Below, piece after piece: positions 31,123-41,992 of a stretch of DNA of 64,000 nt. The stretch covers positions 96,001 through 160,000 of the forward strand of contig CAWFGO010000003.1 in NCBI GenBank assembly GCA_963815455.1, read 5' to 3'. Within the stretch, counting starts at the first letter, position 1. The number at the start of each line of letters is the position of its first letter. A program made the translations under genes and the position numbers. The notes beneath the pieces were generated by a model. That model searched no databases, was not told the DNA's origin, and worked only from the letters and a program-made list of their open reading frames with translations. The stretch comes from an uncultured Verrucomicrobiae bacterium (GTDB lineage: Bacteria; Verrucomicrobiota; Verrucomicrobiia; Chthoniobacterales; UBA10450).

Positions 31123-31235
31123 GTGAAGACCCGGGATTTAGGGCCCAATTCTCCAAGGGCTTGAGTGGTTTCACAAGCGCAACTCGCTAAGAGTCGAAAA
31201 TGCGCGGAGGAGAGCGCGATCTACAGCACGAGGGT

Positions 31236-31260
31236 TGTAGCGTCCGCTATCCTCGGCGGA
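31236..31260. repeat. GTAG-type REP
   Basis: TGTAGCGTCCGCTATCCTCGGCGGA; related to the copy at 53564. Confidence 0.65.
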
Positions 31261-31288
31261 TTCATCGGCTGCGGACGAATTGTCGGGT

Positions 31289-31603
31289 TTAACCGCGGCG
31301 ACGGCGACGCGGCGTATCGCGTTCGCGGCGGCGGCCGGGATGAAGCGCGTCACGCAAATCCCGGCAGTAGGAAGGGTTTACACGGAACGTGGATCTCTGA
31401 ATGTCATCGAGCGAATGAAGATTCACCTTGTCCGACAGCACGTAACCGAGCGAGATCAACCCGTCCAACTCGTCCAGAAGCTCGGCGGTCTCCATTTCGC
31501 CAATCTGCTCGACCAGGATTTTTCCGTGCGCGGGCGTGCCGCTCACTCCGATCGCCTTCAGAATCGTGATCTCGCCTCCGTTCAGATTAATCTCTCGCGT
31601 CAT
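31289..31603 (-). CDS. Hypothetical protein (winged-helix-like pattern)
   Basis: Clean ORF downstream of pgm; amphipathic helices and a basic tail. Confidence 0.65.
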   Translation of the reverse strand: MTREINLNGGEITILKAIGVSGTPAHGKILVEQIGEMETAELLDELDGLISLGYVLSDKVNLHSLDDIQRSTFRVNPSYCRDLRDALHPGRRRERDTPRRRRRG

Positions 31604-31639
31604 GCGCCTTTTTGCCTCGAACCGAATACTGTCGAGCAG

Positions 31640-33614
31640 CTATCGCGCCAGCCGCCGTTGGGCGTCGGATTGCAACCAATCCCAAAGTCGCTCGAGCCAT
31701 TTGCCTGTTTCGATTTTGATTTGAGCCAGTGCGACTGAGTTAAATTCTCCATTTTTCGGACGGCGTTCGGCGAAAAGGTAGTATTTGATCTTCGGTTCGG
31801 TGCCGGAAGCTCGCACGGCGATGCGTGTCCCGTCGGCCAGCTCGAAGATCGACATCTTTTCCCTGGGAATCTCGTCACCTTCAACATCGCGAATCGTTTC
31901 GGTCTCGAAATCTTTCACCAGCGTGACTTTCGAGCCGGCAATGTCCGAAGGCGGTTTGTTCCGCGTACGATTCGACCAGCCGCGCAATCTTGTCCGCGCC
32001 TTCCGCCCCCTCGAAAGCGAGCGAACCGTTTTTTTCCTCGAAATAACCAAACCTGGCAAAGATTTCGTCGAGCAACTGATCGACCGTTTGAGCTCGTGAT
32101 TGAGCGTAGGCGGCCACTTCGCAAAACATGATTGCCGCCCCGTTGCCGTCCTTATCGTGGACAAAATCGGCGCCGCTGTAGCCGTAGCTCTCTTCGCCGC
32201 CAAAGACATAATAGGAAGAGTGCTCGAGGCGGACAGCGCGTGTTTCCGATTCGGGAAGGTGGCGATATTTCTTACGAACATCGGCCGGCAACGCGCGTTC
32301 GTATTTGGCCAGCTTGGCGCCGATGTATTTGAAACCGGTAAGTGTCTCGACGCAGCGCAGGCCGTAATGCTCGGCGATCGCCTTGAGGAGATTCGTCGTG
32401 ACGAACGTCTTAATGATCACGGCGCGCGACGCATTTTTTTTGTGAAGAACGCCCTGGTCAAACAATGTTTTCGTCCGGTACCAGGCAATCAAGGCCGCGA
32501 TCTGGTTGCCGGTCAGCAATTTCATTTCGCCGGCCCGGGTCCGAACCGCCACGCCCATTCGATCACAATCGGGATCCGTCGCGATCACGACATGGGCCGC
32601 GGTTTTTCGGGCCAGGTCGATTCCCATCTGGAGAGCCTCGGCGTTTTCCGGGTTGGGGGACTTCACGGTGGGGAATCGGCCATCGAACCGGTCTTGTTCT
32701 GGAACAGTTGTAGAATTGAATCCGAGCCGTTTGAGCATTGGTTTCAAAACGACGCCGCCGGTTCCGTGGAGAGGCGTGAAAATGACCCGAAGCGTTTCTG
32801 CTGCGGAAACGATGGCAGGATCGAGAACCAAAGTCTCCAGGCGCTTCATGTAGGCGTCATCAACTTCGTGGCCAAGTCGAGAGACGGTTCCTTGTCGATC
32901 TTCCGGCAACGAATGACAGGACTCGGTCGCGATCGCATTCACCTTCGCGATAATTCCGCTGGCATGCGGCTCGATCACCTGGCCGCCGTCGCCGAAGTAA
33001 ACTTTGTAACCGTTATCATGCGGCGGATTATGGCTGGCGGTGATGACGATGCCGGCGCTGGCGTTGAGATAACGAACCGCGAACGAGAGCTCAGGAGTCG
33101 AACGTGGTCCGTCGAAAACGAAGGCGTCGGCGCCACCCCCTGCGGCGACATTCGCGGTCAGGTCGGCGAACTCCCTGGAAAAGAAGCGCGTGTCGTGGGC
33201 GATGACAATTTTCGGTTTACCGGAAAGTTTTTGCCGATCGAACCAGTCCCACAGGTAGGCGACGAGTCCTTGCGTGGCGCGACTCACACTGTAGAAATTC
33301 ATCGCGTTTGTGCCGACGCACGGAAATTCCGGGCGCTCATTCTTGGTCGCGTGCCCGCGTTCCACGGCGGTGACGATTCGGCCAATCGTCCGGCCACGGA
33401 GGCCGCCCGTGCCGAACGCAAGCGTCTTGTAAAAACGATCGTTCAATTCGTTCCAGGCACCGGCCTCGGCGAGCTCGATCACGCTCTCCATGTAAAGCGG
33501 CGAGGCATTACCGCTCAGAAGGGAACGAATGTTCTTCGCCGCCGGCGCGATTAATTGAGCGTTGGCAACGGCGCTCTCGATAAGGGAACTGATGTGCTTC
33601 AGGTCGACGGGCAT
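31640..33614 (-). CDS. Phosphoglucomutase/phosphomannomutase, one frameshift near 31962
   Basis: FGTGGLRG, TASHNP, DPDCDR and GEES; RASGTEPKIK in the second frame. Confidence 0.9.
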
Positions 33615-33679
33615 CGCTGCCACTGTTGCGGCGCTTTTGGCCTTTGCAAGCCAGTTGCGGCCGGCGTCGTCGGCTGCGT

Positions 33680-33753
33680 TGTAGCCGCGGGCGTTGACCT
33701 CGGCCACATCAGCGCTGTCGATCTAGCGGATCCCGGTCAGCGACAAGCGGCTA
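33680..33753. repeat. GTAG-type REP with a degenerate inverted partner
   Basis: TGTAGCCGCGGGCGTTGACCTCGGC ... CCCGGTCAGCGACAAGCGGCTA. Confidence 0.75.
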
Positions 33754-33755
33754 GT

Positions 33756-36128
33756 TTACGGGTAGGACGTGCCGAGATTGGATTTCACCTCGCCGACATC
33801 GGTGGCATTGATGGTTCCATTTGCGTTGATGTCGTTACGGAAATTGGTCGCGTCCACCGACGAGCCGATTTGTCCCTTGGTCTGCGCCACATCGGAAGCA
33901 TTCACTGTCGCGTTGGCGGTCGTGTCGCCCATGAGCATGATCACGTTAACAGCCGTATCTGGCAGTGTTTGACCAAATGTATCCGTTACACCGGCTGCGG
34001 TCACCGTGAGCTGCTGGTCGTCGGTCACGCCGGTCAGATTCACGGTCATGGTATTTCCGGAAAAGCTCGGGCTTCCGGATACGGTGCCAGTGCCGCTGGT
34101 CACGCTCGCGTTTCCGCTGACAACGTCGTTGCTGAACGTGAACACAAAAGTATGAGCGCCGCCCGTGTTTCGGCACTCGATCCCGGGCCCGCCAGTGAGC
34201 GGAAGATCGACATCGAAGTCGCCCGCGCCGCCATGGGTCTTGCGGGAAACGACGCTGGTGATCGCCAGAGGATTACACGGATCCGGCGCCGGGGCCTGGA
34301 TGGCCACCGTGATCGGACTGCCGGTCTTAAAGAAACCGACGGTAGCGTTCGTATTCACCGGCGGCTTGTTCGAATCGAATCGGAAGTTATACAAGGTGCC
34401 CCAGCGAATCGCATTGGCGTTCTGGTTTTGGGCAAAGGTTTCGCAATTCCAGGTCAGCGAATCGGCGGTCTGATTCGAAGCCCAGGGAGTGCTGCTAAAC
34501 CCCGCATTTCCCAAAGTTCCGTCGTTTGCGATTCCCGGATGTTGGGGTGGGGCGTGGAAGTCGAGATTGCTCACGGTAATGCCGCAACCGAGCGGCACCC
34601 TGAAGGACTGAATCGCACGATCGAGATTTTCGTTGTAAACGGCGTACTCATAGTGCCAGACGCCAGCAGAAGGGTTGGTCACCTTGTAAGCGATCCGGCC
34701 CTCGCCATCGTTCCCCGAATCCGGCTCGAATGGAACGATGGTCGCTCCGGTCCAGGCAAGGATGGCCGGTTTCATCCGCTGTGTGGAGGCGACCGGAGAA
34801 AAAGTGAAGCTCGTTGTGCCCGAAACACTGAACTGACGGTAGGAGACGTTGTTGTACATGTTGCACTCATGCGCGTGGGCCTGGCACCAGGCGTACTCGT
34901 GAGGAGTTACATATTGACCCTCGGCGAAATAAGTTGCGCCTGGATTCAGGGTGGTATTGAGGTCGCTCATTGCCACGAGAACCCGGTGTGTCGTGCCCGT
35001 GTGCGTGTGGCCGGTATGGTTGGCGGAAGTCGATGGATAGGCGCCGGTAAATGGATTCACCCATGCGCGGGAACCCAAACCGCTGGCACTCCCGGAACCC
35101 TGGCCGTAGTTCAAGCTGGCCGAGTAAGGATCGGAGCATCCCGAGCCAAGATGACTGCCCCCTACGCCGTTACAGCCATAGCCGCAGACGTTTTGAGTCA
35201 AGGCGGTGAAAGCATGTTTCAACCACGATTGTCCGATTTGTTCGAAACGATCCGTGTTGCTGGTCCCTCCGCTCATCCGATATAGATTTTGCGGAATGAC
35301 TGGATGGTCGGTGTTCGTCAACTGAAACCAGTTCAAATCCACGACGCCGGCATTGCAGGAAGTCGTTCCGACCCCGAGGCCGACAAAACTTCCGCTGCTT
35401 CCGCCCTGCTCAACCGAGGGCAGATCTCCCACAATGACATCCGGTCCCGGAGTCGTCCCATTGGCCGGTTGGACGGCGCGTGCCGGCATCACTGCCGATT
35501 CCACCGCACCGTTGACCACCTTTTGGATTTCAATCGGAGACACGGTCGCCGTTATCGATATTGTCCCGACGATGGAACCACCTTCCGTGGGGCGGCCAAG
35601 CTTCTTGGCGAACTCATTGGAAATCACGAGTTTTCCATCGGTAATGCTGAGCAAGTGCTTGCTCGCGTCGTAATCATAAGAGTGTCCTATCACGCCGAAA
35701 AATACGAATCCCGTCTTGGCATCGCGAACGGCCAGGTCGAAAAGCTCTTCCGCTCCGAGTTTTTCGATTGCCAATTGATTCAAGGACGCCTTCAGCACCG
35801 CTGGAAGCGCGGCTGAATTTTGGGAAGCGAGCGACATCGAACCCGGCTCGGGACCCCGCAGGAGATTGTTAAAAATGACGGCCGTGAAAAAGGAATCGGG
35901 AGCGACGGTGAAGCGCAGCGTTTCCAATTTCGCATTGCCGGTCGAGGCCGCGCCGCTAAGTCGCTTAAGATCGACATTCATGGCCACGACGCCGTTGGAC
36001 ACCAGCATTTTTTCAAGGGTGCCAGTGGGCGCGTCCGGATTTTTCGGCTGGGCCAGGGAACTCTCCTGACTATTGCAGAAGAGCAAAAGTGTTGGGAGAA
36101 CGAAGTAGACGAACAGTTTTTTCGACAT
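33756..36128 (-). CDS. Secreted protein with a His/Cys-rich core and C-terminal dockerin-like module (paralog A)
   Basis: Signal peptide; GPDVIVGD core; C-terminal GDTTANATVNASD and DINANGTINATD paired Ca-loop motifs. Confidence 0.85.
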   Translation of the reverse strand: MSKKLFVYFVLPTLLLFCNSQESSLAQPKNPDAPTGTLEKMLVSNGVVAMNVDLKRLSGAASTGNAKLETLRFTVAPDSFFTAVIFNNLLRGPEPGSMSLASQNSAALPAVLKASLNQLAIEKLGAEELFDLAVRDAKTGFVFFGVIGHSYDYDASKHLLSITDGKLVISNEFAKKLGRPTEGGSIVGTISITATVSPIEIQKVVNGAVESAVMPARAVQPANGTTPGPDVIVGDLPSVEQGGSSGSFVGLGVGTTSCNAGVVDLNWFQLTNTDHPVIPQNLYRMSGGTSNTDRFEQIGQSWLKHAFTALTQNVCGYGCNGVGGSHLGSGCSDPYSASLNYGQGSGSASGLGSRAWVNPFTGAYPSTSANHTGHTHTGTTHRVLVAMSDLNTTLNPGATYFAEGQYVTPHEYAWCQAHAHECNMYNNVSYRQFSVSGTTSFTFSPVASTQRMKPAILAWTGATIVPFEPDSGNDGEGRIAYKVTNPSAGVWHYEYAVYNENLDRAIQSFRVPLGCGITVSNLDFHAPPQHPGIANDGTLGNAGFSSTPWASNQTADSLTWNCETFAQNQNANAIRWGTLYNFRFDSNKPPVNTNATVGFFKTGSPITVAIQAPAPDPCNPLAITSVVSRKTHGGAGDFDVDLPLTGGPGIECRNTGGAHTFVFTFSNDVVSGNASVTSGTGTVSGSPSFSGNTMTVNLTGVTDDQQLTVTAAGVTDTFGQTLPDTAVNVIMLMGDTTANATVNASDVAQTKGQIGSSVDATNFRNDINANGTINATDVGEVKSNLGTSYP

Positions 36129-36317
36129 TGGTTTTTTATTCCTCCGAGTTTCGGCTTCGAGAGCATTTCCGATTGAAGCCGGATGCTCTATATACTACGG
36201 CACACAAAAAGTAGAGCTTTTTCTTCTTTAGGCCGCCCGTGAAAACAACCGGACCTTGCACCCGTCGGATTCAATCTGACCGAGCGGTGCTTCTCTGGGA
36301 ACCTATTACGCCGTGGC

Positions 36318-38696
36318 CTATGGCACCGACTTGCCGAGGTTGGATTTCACCTCGCCGACATCGGTCGCGTTGATCGTTCCATTTGCGTTGATGTCGTTAC
36401 GGAAATTGGTCGCGTCCACCGACGAGCCGATTTGTCCCTTGGTCTGCGCCACATCGGAAGCATTCACTGTTGCGTTGGCGGTCGTGTCGCCCATGAGCAT
36501 GATCACGTTAACAGCCGTATCTGGCAGTGTTTGACCAAATGTATCCGTTACACCGGCTGCGGTCACGGTGAGCTGCTGGTCGTCGGCCACGCCGGTCAGA
36601 TTCACGGTCATGGTATTTCCGGAAAAGCTCGGGCTTCCCGATACGGTGCCGGTGCCGCTGGTCACGCTCGCGTTTCCGCTGACAACATCGTTGCTGAACG
36701 TGAACACAAAAGTATGAGCGCCGCCCGTGTTTCGGCACTCGATCCCGGGCCCGCCAGTGAGCGGAAGATCGACATCGAAGTCGCCCGCGCCGCCATGGGT
36801 TTTGCGGGAAACGACGCTGGTGATCGCCAGGGGATTACACGGATCCGGCGCCGGGGCCTGGATGGCCACCATAATGGGGCTGCCGGTCTTAAAGAAACCG
36901 ACAGTAGCGTTCGTATTCACCGGCGGCTTGTTCGAATCGAATCGGAAGTTATACATGGTGCCCCAGCGAATTGCATTGGCGTTCTGGTTTTGGGCAAAGG
37001 TTTCGCAATTCCAAGTCAGCGAATCGGCGGTCTGATTCGAAGCCCAGGGAGTGTTGCTGTAGCCGGCGCTATTCTGGGTGCCGTCGTTTGAGAACGCAGC
37101 TGGTTGAAGTGGCGCATGAAATCCGAGATTATTTGTCGTGATTCCACAGCCAAGAGGCACGCTGAAAGACTGAATCGCGCGATCGAGATTCTCGTTGTAA
37201 ACGGCATACTCATAATGCCAGACCCCCGCCGACGGATTGGTCACTTTGTAGGAGACGATGCCAATGCCATCAATGCCCGGCGCCGGCTCGAATTGAGACG
37301 CGGTTGCTCCCGTCCAGGCCAGAATGGCCGGCTTCGTGCGCTGAGTGGCTCCGACCGGCGAGAAGGAAAAACTCGTGGTCCCGGTCACACTGAACTGACG
37401 GTAAGAAACATTGTTGTACATGTTGCACTCGCCGGAATGCCCCTGGCACCAGGCGTATTCGTGCGGCGTCACATATTGAGCCTCGCCAAAGTAGGTGGCG
37501 CCGGGGTTCAGAGTCGTATTCAGGTCCGCCTGCTCCACCAGAACGCGGTGGGAACTGCCGTTATGGACGTGCCCATTGTGATCGCGGGAGGTCGGCTGGC
37601 CGTCGCCGTTGGTGGTGTTGGGATAGAATCCGGTAAATGGATTCGCCCACGCTCGCGAGCCAATCCCCGTCTGGCTTCCATTAAGGCCGGTGTCGTACGG
37701 ATCCGAGCAGCCCGAGCCGAGGTGAGTTCCTCCGGTGCCATTACAGCCAAAACTGCAGACATTTTGGGTCAGAGCAGTGAAGGCATGTTTCATCCAGCCT
37801 TGACCGATCTGTTCCATGCGGTCTGTGTTAGCACTCATCCGATAGAGGTTCTGCGGAATGACGGGGTGATCGTTGCTCGGCAATGCAAACCAGTCTAAAT
37901 CGACGACGCCGGCGTTGCACGAAGTCGTCGCGATCGCCAGGCCTACCTGTGTCCCGCTGCTACCCGATTGCACCATCGAGGGCATATCGCCCACAATTAC
38001 GTCCGGTCCGGGCGTTGTTCCCACGGCGGGCGTAACGTGCGACGGCATGACCGCGGAACGCACTTCACCATTTACGACCCGCTTAATTTCAATCGGGGAC
38101 ACGCTGGTGGTGCTCGCGATCGTTCCAACAATCTTGCCGGAGTCCGCCGGGCGACCGAGCGTCTTGGCAAAGTCCGCTGAGATCAGCAACCGCCCGTCTG
38201 TCAGGGCGAACGTGTTCGTGGCGGCGTCGTAATGGTACTGATTGCCCTCTACATTGAAAAAGACGAAGCCCGACTTGCCGTCGCGCACAACGAATTCGAC
38301 AGACTCGCCCCACCCAAGCCGCTCGACCATGAGTTGGCCGAACGAACCGCTGAGGGCTGCCGGCACATTCGCTCTGTCTTGCGGCACCAGCTGCATCGAC
38401 CCCGGTTCAGCGGCGCGCAATTCGTTGTTAAATACAAGAATGGTGAAAAATGATTCCGGCGCCACATCGAAACGCAGAGCGGTAGACGCTGATTTGCCGG
38501 CTACTGCCTCGATGCCGTTGAGGCGATTTTGATCGATGTTCATGGTCACGACGCCATTCACGACCATCAATTTTTCAAACGTACCGGTTGGAACGTCGGG
38601 GCCTTCTTTGTTAGGCTGGGCTACAATATTTTGTGAGCTATTGCAGAAGAGCAAAAGCAGGGGGAGAACGCAGTAGGTGAACAGTTTCTTTGACAT
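36318..38696 (-). CDS. Secreted protein with a His/Cys-rich core and C-terminal dockerin-like module (paralog B)
   Basis: Collinear paralog of 33756-36128. Confidence 0.85.
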   Translation of the reverse strand: MSKKLFTYCVLPLLLLFCNSSQNIVAQPNKEGPDVPTGTFEKLMVVNGVVTMNIDQNRLNGIEAVAGKSASTALRFDVAPESFFTILVFNNELRAAEPGSMQLVPQDRANVPAALSGSFGQLMVERLGWGESVEFVVRDGKSGFVFFNVEGNQYHYDAATNTFALTDGRLLISADFAKTLGRPADSGKIVGTIASTTSVSPIEIKRVVNGEVRSAVMPSHVTPAVGTTPGPDVIVGDMPSMVQSGSSGTQVGLAIATTSCNAGVVDLDWFALPSNDHPVIPQNLYRMSANTDRMEQIGQGWMKHAFTALTQNVCSFGCNGTGGTHLGSGCSDPYDTGLNGSQTGIGSRAWANPFTGFYPNTTNGDGQPTSRDHNGHVHNGSSHRVLVEQADLNTTLNPGATYFGEAQYVTPHEYAWCQGHSGECNMYNNVSYRQFSVTGTTSFSFSPVGATQRTKPAILAWTGATASQFEPAPGIDGIGIVSYKVTNPSAGVWHYEYAVYNENLDRAIQSFSVPLGCGITTNNLGFHAPLQPAAFSNDGTQNSAGYSNTPWASNQTADSLTWNCETFAQNQNANAIRWGTMYNFRFDSNKPPVNTNATVGFFKTGSPIMVAIQAPAPDPCNPLAITSVVSRKTHGGAGDFDVDLPLTGGPGIECRNTGGAHTFVFTFSNDVVSGNASVTSGTGTVSGSPSFSGNTMTVNLTGVADDQQLTVTAAGVTDTFGQTLPDTAVNVIMLMGDTTANATVNASDVAQTKGQIGSSVDATNFRNDINANGTINATDVGEVKSNLGKSVP

Positions 38697-38866
38697 TGTG
38701 TTTAATCCTTCAGATTTCGTGGGACAGTTCGAACGAGAATCGAACGATAGCCGGTGATGTTATACAGCTACCTGCCCAAAAGTAGAGTACTTTTTATTAT
38801 GATTTTTTGGGGTAATCTCTTGGGCAGTGGTTCTGCGGCTCCTGGCCCAGACCCTTCGCCAAGGTT

Positions 38867-40756
38867 GTGAAAAGCGGTTGCATAAGCAGGGAATTCAGAA
38901 ATGGGGAGTCGGCTCAACTCCCCGGGCGCAACGATCCGCTCCACCGGAGCGGTATTCGCAAATCGAAGACCGGCCGTTGGCGCGGCGCGACACTTCTTCT
39001 TCTGAATCTCCTGATGATCGCCCACATCATCCAGTGGCGGTTCATGGGCAAGACCATCTCGCCGATCGAACCTTCGGAGACGATGCACACTCTCCAGCGC
39101 GGCGCCATCAACGCGGGCTTTATCTTTTTTACCCTGGCCATTCTGGCGACGCTGATCTTCGGACGTTTCGTGTGCGGCTGGGGTTGTCATATCCTCGCCC
39201 TGCAGGATTTCTGCGGGTGGATGCTCAAGAAAATGGGGCTTCATCCAAAACCTTTTCGGTCACGGCTGCTGGTTTATGTCCCGCTCATTGGCGCGCTTTA
39301 CATGTTCGTGTGGCCGACCGCCTACAAATTCTTCGCCAGTTCGGAGCCCGGGCCGCTTATTCCGAAATTCACCAATCATCTGGTGACCACCAATTTTTGG
39401 GAAACCTTCCCGACCGCTTCCGTCGCCATCCCGTTTCTTTTTATCTGCGGCTTCATGATCGTCTATTTTCTGGGACAAAAAGGATTCTGCACTTACGCCT
39501 GTCCCTACGGCGGGTTCTTCGGTCTGGCGGACAAGCTGTCGCCCGGAAAAATCCGCGTGACCGATGCCTGCAATCAATGCGGCCACTGCACCGCGACCTG
39601 CACTTCCAACGTTCTCGTCCATGCTGAGGTGAAACAATTCAAGATGGTTGTCGATCCTGGCTGCATGAAATGCATGGATTGCGTGAGCGTTTGCCCGAAC
39701 GACGCGCTCTACTTCGGTTTCGGGAAACCGACGCTGCTGGCTCCAAAATCGAACGCCATCAAAAGAAACTATTCGGTCACGTGGCCTGAAGAAATGGTCG
39801 GGGCGGCAATATTTCTCGCGAGTTTTCTGGCTGTTCGAAACGTCTACGCCCTGGTTCCATTTTTGATGGCCCTCGGTGTCGCCACGATCACAACATTTCT
39901 CGCTCTGAAAATGTGGCGATTGCTCAAGACGGGCGAACTTTCGTTTTACCGATTCAATCTAAAGTCGGCCGGCGAAATTCGGCCAGCCGGATGGATTTTC
40001 GCGCTTTTCGCCGTGGTCTGGATCGGCCTGAACGCGCATAGCGGCTGGATTCGATATCTGGAATACAAGGGCGACCGCGCTTTTCAAAAAATCCAAATCC
40101 CCGACGAACTCGCTCTGGCCCAGAAAAATCCGGCCCCGTGGCTGAGTCCCGGCGATCGTCAAAGCGTCGAGGAAGGTAAGAAATATCTTACCACTGCATC
40201 CCGGTTGGGCCTCTTCGCGAATAACGAGGCGATGTCGAAGCTGGCCTGGTTCGAGTATCTCTCCGGCGACGCCGAGCAATCGGTCCAATTGCTTTCCCAG
40301 GCCGCGACTCGGCAGCGTGGGCAAGGCAAAGCGCTCAGCCTTTACTATCGCGGCGCGATTCTTAATCTCATAGGACGCTACGAGCAGGCGTTAACGTCTC
40401 TCGATGACGCATTGGCACAGCGGCCCGATCTCATCGTCGCGCGCCAGGAAAAAGGCGAATCGCTCTGGCGCCTCGATCGCAAGGAGGATGCGATCTCGGT
40501 TTGGACGGACGCCGTCCGGCGCGCTCCACACCTGGCCTTGGCCAACAACCAGCTCGCCGGCGCGGAGCGGTCTCTCGGCAAACTGGACGAAGCAGCGGCT
40601 CACGAAAAACAGGCGGACGAAGCTACTCCCGACAATCCGGCCTACCACTGGATGCTCGCCCAGCGTTTGCAAAATCTAGGAATGACTGCCCTGGCCCAAA
40701 AACATTTCCAGCGGGCGAATCAACTCGATCCGTCGTTCCAGACTCGCTCCAGATAA
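38867..40756 (+). CDS. Membrane polyferredoxin (4Fe-4S binding, NapH/NosR-like) with C-terminal TPRs
   Basis: GRFVCGWGC, FCTYACP, CNQCGHCTATC and CMKCMDCVSVCP motifs; TPR-like tail. Confidence 0.85.
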   Translation: MKSGCISREFRNGESAQLPGRNDPLHRSGIRKSKTGRWRGATLLLLNLLMIAHIIQWRFMGKTISPIEPSETMHTLQRGAINAGFIFFTLAILATLIFGRFVCGWGCHILALQDFCGWMLKKMGLHPKPFRSRLLVYVPLIGALYMFVWPTAYKFFASSEPGPLIPKFTNHLVTTNFWETFPTASVAIPFLFICGFMIVYFLGQKGFCTYACPYGGFFGLADKLSPGKIRVTDACNQCGHCTATCTSNVLVHAEVKQFKMVVDPGCMKCMDCVSVCPNDALYFGFGKPTLLAPKSNAIKRNYSVTWPEEMVGAAIFLASFLAVRNVYALVPFLMALGVATITTFLALKMWRLLKTGELSFYRFNLKSAGEIRPAGWIFALFAVVWIGLNAHSGWIRYLEYKGDRAFQKIQIPDELALAQKNPAPWLSPGDRQSVEEGKKYLTTASRLGLFANNEAMSKLAWFEYLSGDAEQSVQLLSQAATRQRGQGKALSLYYRGAILNLIGRYEQALTSLDDALAQRPDLIVARQEKGESLWRLDRKEDAISVWTDAVRRAPHLALANNQLAGAERSLGKLDEAAAHEKQADEATPDNPAYHWMLAQRLQNLGMTALAQKHFQRANQLDPSFQTRSR

Positions 40757-40771
40757 AGCGTCAGCCTCTTG

Positions 40772-41992
40772 TCATTGCGCGCACTCTTCGAACGCGGCGG
40801 GCTTGCCTTGCACACAGGCCAGCGCTTCGCCGGCGAAATGAAGCGAGCCGGTGATGAGAATGCGATTCGGTCTGGCCCGGGCCAGATTCAATGCCTCGCC
40901 AATTGATGGCGTGATGGAGCAAAGGAGTAATGGACTAACGCGCGACAGCGTTCGGGCCAACTGTTCCGGATCGATGGCGCGTTCGCTTTTAATTTTCGGG
41001 AGAAACACCTGATCGCTGATCGGCGCGAGGGCTTCACAAATCCCCAGCCCATCTTTATCGGAAAGGATGGCCAGGATAATGGTGGCCCGTTCGTCGCCGA
41101 AAATTTCACGCCAGGTTTCGACCAGAACGCGGGCGGCTGCGGTATTATGCGCGCCGTCGATGATGGTGCGCTCGTCCCACGCTTGGAAACGCGTCGGCCA
41201 TTCGACCGAGGCCAGTCCCCGAGAAATCGATACGTCGTCGATGTCGATCCTGGCCGCGCGCACCGCAGCAATGGCGAGGGCGGCATTTTGTTTTTGATAG
41301 GCGCCACGTAGAAAAATCGGGCTGCGCTCGTACGGCTCGCTGATGAAGTGTAGCGGCGATTTGCATTCCACCGCGCGTGCCCGGATCACTCGTTCGGCCT
41401 CCAGCGGTTGCGCAGCGGACACAACCGGAATTTCGGGTTTGATGATGCCCGCTTTTTCCCCGGCGATTTGGGCAAGAGTGTCGCCCAGCCACTTTTGGTG
41501 ATCGAAACCGATCGGCGTAATCACCGAAACATCTGACGGCACCGCGTTGGTGGCATCGAGGCGACCGCCCAGGCCGGTCTCCAAAATGACGATGTCGATC
41601 TTGGCTTCGGCGAAGGCCTCGAGCGCGAGGGCGGTTGTAACTTCAAAAAATGTCGGATGCGGGTCCCAATCGCGAACAAGATCGCGAATCCTGGTCAGGC
41701 CGGCGGCGGTTGCTTTCTCGGAAATCATTTCGCCGTTGATACGAATCCGTTCGCGGAAGGTGATCAGGTGAGGGGAGGTGAACAGACCGGTGTGCAGGCC
41801 CTGCGCGCGCAGGATTGAATCGATCATCGCGCAGACCGAGCCTTTACCGTTCGTTCCGGCAACGTGAATGATACGATGCTGCCAATCCTGCAGATGCAGC
41901 GCGGTTAGCAGGCGCCGGATATTTTCCAGGCCGAGCTTGATCCCGAAGCGCTGAAGGCCGTAAAGCCACCCGAGCGCCCCACGGTAGTTCAT
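40772..41992 (-). CDS. folC: Folylpolyglutamate/dihydrofolate synthase
   Basis: GTNGKGS, TSPHL, ETGLGGRLDATN and DGAHN motifs. Confidence 0.96.
   Translation of the reverse strand: MNYRGALGWLYGLQRFGIKLGLENIRRLLTALHLQDWQHRIIHVAGTNGKGSVCAMIDSILRAQGLHTGLFTSPHLITFRERIRINGEMISEKATAAGLTRIRDLVRDWDPHPTFFEVTTALALEAFAEAKIDIVILETGLGGRLDATNAVPSDVSVITPIGFDHQKWLGDTLAQIAGEKAGIIKPEIPVVSAAQPLEAERVIRARAVECKSPLHFISEPYERSPIFLRGAYQKQNAALAIAAVRAARIDIDDVSISRGLASVEWPTRFQAWDERTIIDGAHNTAAARVLVETWREIFGDERATIILAILSDKDGLGICEALAPISDQVFLPKIKSERAIDPEQLARTLSRVSPLLLCSITPSIGEALNLARARPNRILITGSLHFAGEALACVQGKPAAFEECAQ

Noticed and set aside
32100..35285. Long + strand ORFs (484 and 576 aa) and other antisense ORFs
   Set aside because: Shadow ORFs opposite well-supported genes in GC-rich DNA; no motifs.
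33756..38696. Near-identical repeats plus an Avd-like four-helix-bundle gene in the window suggested a diversity-generating retroelement
   Set aside because: No reverse transcriptase; the differences checked are synonymous and not adenine-specific; both copies are coding.
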